Of a stretch of 64,000 bases of DNA, positions 61,165 to 64,000 are shown in pieces (positions within the stretch are counted from its first letter, which is position 1; every line of letters begins with the position of its first letter). Source of the stretch: Lama guanicoe (taxonomy: Eukaryota); the NCBI GenBank assembly GCA_013239625.1, contig MU053557.1, positions 2,758,123-2,822,122 on the forward strand. Reading direction: 5' to 3'. A program made the position numbers and the translations under genes. The notes under the pieces were generated by a model. The model worked only from the letters and a program-made list of their open reading frames with translations, was not told the origin of the DNA and searched no databases.

Positions 61165-62575
61165 TAGGATTAACTTTATCTTTCTCTGGATTCTTTCAGG
61201 ATTACTTTATTTTTGATTTTCTAGAGTGTGAACACGATATGCTTAGGTGAAGGATTTGGGGCATTTATCCTGCCTGTTATTCTCCAGGCTTCCAGGATCT
61301 GTAGTTTTGTGTCTGACACTAATCGGGGGAAATTCTTAGTCATTATTGTTTCAAATATTTCTTCTGTTTTCTCTCTTTCTTCTTCTTTTGGTATTCCCAT
61401 TATGTGTATGTTATACCTTCTGTAGTTATCTCACAGTCCTTGAATATTCTGTTCTTTGTTTTATTTACTTTTCAGTTTTCAAGGATTCTATTAACATATC
61501 CTTTAGCACAGAGATATTTCCTCAGCTGTGTCCAGGCTTCTAAAAAGCCCATCAAAAGCATTCTTCATTTCTGTTATAGTGTTTTTCACGTCTAGCATTT
61601 TTTTTTTTCGGTTCTTTCTTAGGATTTTCACCTCTCTGCTTACATTGCCCATCTATTCTTACATACTGTTTACTTTATCCATTAAAGCTCTTAGCATATT
61701 AATTACAGTTGTTTTAAATTCCTAGTCGGATCATTTCAACATCTCTGCCATATCTGGCTCTGATGCTTGCTTTGTCTCTTCAAGTTGTGTTTTTTGCCTT
61801 TTAGGACACCTTGTAATCTTTTCTTAATAGCTGGGTATAATGTACTGGGTAAAAGGAACTGTTAGAAATAGGCCTTCAGTAATGTAACGGGGAGACGAGA
61901 GGAGAGGGGAAGCACTGTATCGTCCTATGATTAGATCTCTGTCTTTTGATGAGCCATTGGCTCTGGGCTATAAACTTCATTAATGTTTACCAGTTTGTCT
62001 CTCCTCTTCAGTGGGACAAGATGGCTAGAGTGGCCTGGAGTTGGGTGTTTCCCTTCCTCCAGGTCAGTGAGGCTCTGATAAAACCCCAGGATGTTAGGCT
62101 GTGGTTAACCAGTTCCTCCTGAGGGTAGACCTTGTTAAGAAGAACAGAATATGCTCTGGCATATTTCAGAATGGTTCCTTTTTCCCTTCTCCTGCTGAAA
62201 GGACAGGGAATTTTTCTCTGCTTTTTATGGTGAGAACTTTGGTGACCTCCTAGAGGAAAATTTCACAAAATCGTGGACCCCCTATGACCAGGCTCCCTTG
62301 GAGTTTTTAAGTCTGAGACTTGTCCACACAGAGCCTCTAGCAATTCATCAGTTACAGTTTAGACTTTCCCACCCTGGCACTGGTTCTCAGAGTGGTTTCC
62401 ACTTGTGAGTCTCTGCTCTGCTAAGTCAAGACTCCCTGTATTCATCTGCCTATCTCTCCATTAAGGGCAGCAATTTACACCGTGTCCTCCCCTCTCCCAC
62501 AGATCTAAGAAGAGTCATTGATTTTTTTCAGTCTGTTCAGTTTTGTATTTACTGTTATGGTGGAATGGCAACTTC
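61165..62575 (-). mobile_element. Ancient L1 5'/ORF1 region
   Basis: GGGAAATTCTTAGTCATTATTGTTTCAAATATTTCTTC and related ORF1-antisense motifs, similar to 57480-57950. Confidence 0.7.
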
Positions 62576-62859
62576 CAAGCTCCTTACTGTGGGACTGGAA
62601 ACTGAAAGTCTTAACTTTTGTTGGACACAACATCAAACTTAAGAAAAAAGGTTTATGTGTTACCATGTATAAGGGAAATGAGGAGCAGTTGTCAGTGTGG
62701 GTGGGCTCCGGAGACAGAAAGCTGTGTTTGTAGTTTGGCTTTGCCATTCATAAGAATTATATTTGTGTCTCTAAGCCTTAGTTCTTGTATCTGTAAAATG
62801 GAGGCGGTAACTATATCACAGTTTGGAATATCTAGCATAACAAACACTCCCACCGTTTT

Positions 62860-63290
62860 TTAAACTAGACAGCAGTCTGAATGCCTACGATCTACCAGGT
62901 GTTATCCTAGATGCTGGAGATGCCAAAGCAGAAACTGGCCCCTGGCCTCATGGAGCTGATGTTCTATAGGCAAGAGACAGATTAGAAACATGTAAACTAG
63001 TAAGTGATCATTTTATCATTTTCTAATAGTGATAGTAGTATGAAGAAAGTAAATCAGGATGATGTGATAGAGAGGGATAGAGGGCTGCCTTAGATTGGAT
63101 AGCCCAGAACAGGGGACACCTGCACTGAGAGCTGAACAGCGAGCACCCAGCCAAGCCACAATCTTTCTGGAATAAAACAGCACCACAGCAGAGGGAAGAA
63201 CAAGGACAGAGGTGTAAAGGCAGAAGTAAGTTTGGCTCAGTCAGGATTGGATGAAAAGTCCACGTGGCTGATCATGAGAAGCACAGGAGA
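62860..63290 (-). mobile_element. L2 remnant
   Basis: TGAATGCCTACGATCTACCAGG...CCTGGCCTCATGGAGCT...GAGAGCTGAA. Confidence 0.65.
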
Positions 63291-64000
63291 GAAACAGCAC
63301 CTATACAGCTTTCAATGACAGTAACATCTCTGGACCCTTCGTTGAGGGGTGACCTCTCAATTTATCATCCTTTTTTGGGAGGAATGGGAAGGAGAGTGGT
63401 CCTAGAGAGATTCTAACAGTAACCCAGTGGTCTGGGGAGGAAGGCGGATGCAATTATCAGAGCCCTGGTATTCAGGGGGATGGGACCAGCCTGTTTTGAG
63501 TAGGTTTCCAGGTTGGGGTGGTGACCATTGCTCTCCACCACCCACCAAAAAGGGCAGTGGGGTTAGGTGGATATGAATAATCAACCTAGAGGATAAAAGA
63601 ATATGAATTAAAAACTCAGAAGAAAAGGTCCATATACCTGGGTGTTAATGACACTGTGGTTCCCCTGACCTCTAGTGCTCTCATTTTTGTCAAAGCCTAC
63701 ACTCATTTCTCTTAGTCAACACGTTTGCCTAAAAATTCTCTTCTGTGTATTCTTTCTCCACCTCCCTCTTTTTGGAGGATGGAGACATGTCTCTTGGGTC
63801 TAAACTAAATATCCAAGAAAATGCTCAGCAAACACTACATGCTATTACTTTTGACTCATAAAAGCTCAATTACTCATCATACCATAATTAAGTCCTTCTC
63901 CAGACACAAAACCCTCCGCACATGCCCAGTGAATATAAATTTTCACTGGTGTTCATTTGACCCTGTCAAAATAGCCTGAAAATTCTGTCCCTCTGGTGCC

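Noticed and set aside
9600..64000. Other PPP2R2B first exons (e.g. the beta2 MKCFSRY... exon) or an intronic lncRNA
   Set aside because: I found no matching peptide, and non-coding exons cannot be supported from sequence alone; short exons could have been missed.
1..64000. CRISPR arrays, rRNA, operons and the remaining 60-160 aa ORFs
   Set aside because: No repeat-spacer periodicity or rRNA similarity seen; the short ORFs mostly fall in repeats and look like background.

Overview
Mammalian genomic DNA, most likely a camelid, because it carries four tRNA-Ala-like Vic-1-type SINEs and I saw no ruminant, pig or primate SINEs. The only recognisable host gene is PPP2R2B (PP2A regulatory subunit B55-beta) on the minus strand. 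The window holds its CpG-island promoter (~8.1-9.5 kb), the orthologue of the SCA12 CAG repeat (short and interrupted, 9065-9080) and the B-beta1 first coding exon (8533-8340, [23 protein letters not shown]). Bases 1-8339 are the following intron. The rest is upstream or intronic sequence made mostly of interspersed repeats: a young 5'-truncated L1 with an open ORF2 and perfect TSD, older L1s, L2, MIR, MaLR/ERVL LTRs and hAT/Tigger MITEs. I found no convincing new gene system. The most interesting structure is the PPP2R2B 5' end: two strong-Kozak uORFs, three phase-1 splice donors that could give different N-termini, a 1-nt insertion that moves the repeat from the poly-Ser to the poly-Gln frame, and signals for an antisense transcript. 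There is also a candidate SINE-L1 chimeric retroposon. Repeat family names and human comparisons are from memory, and old-repeat boundaries are approximate.
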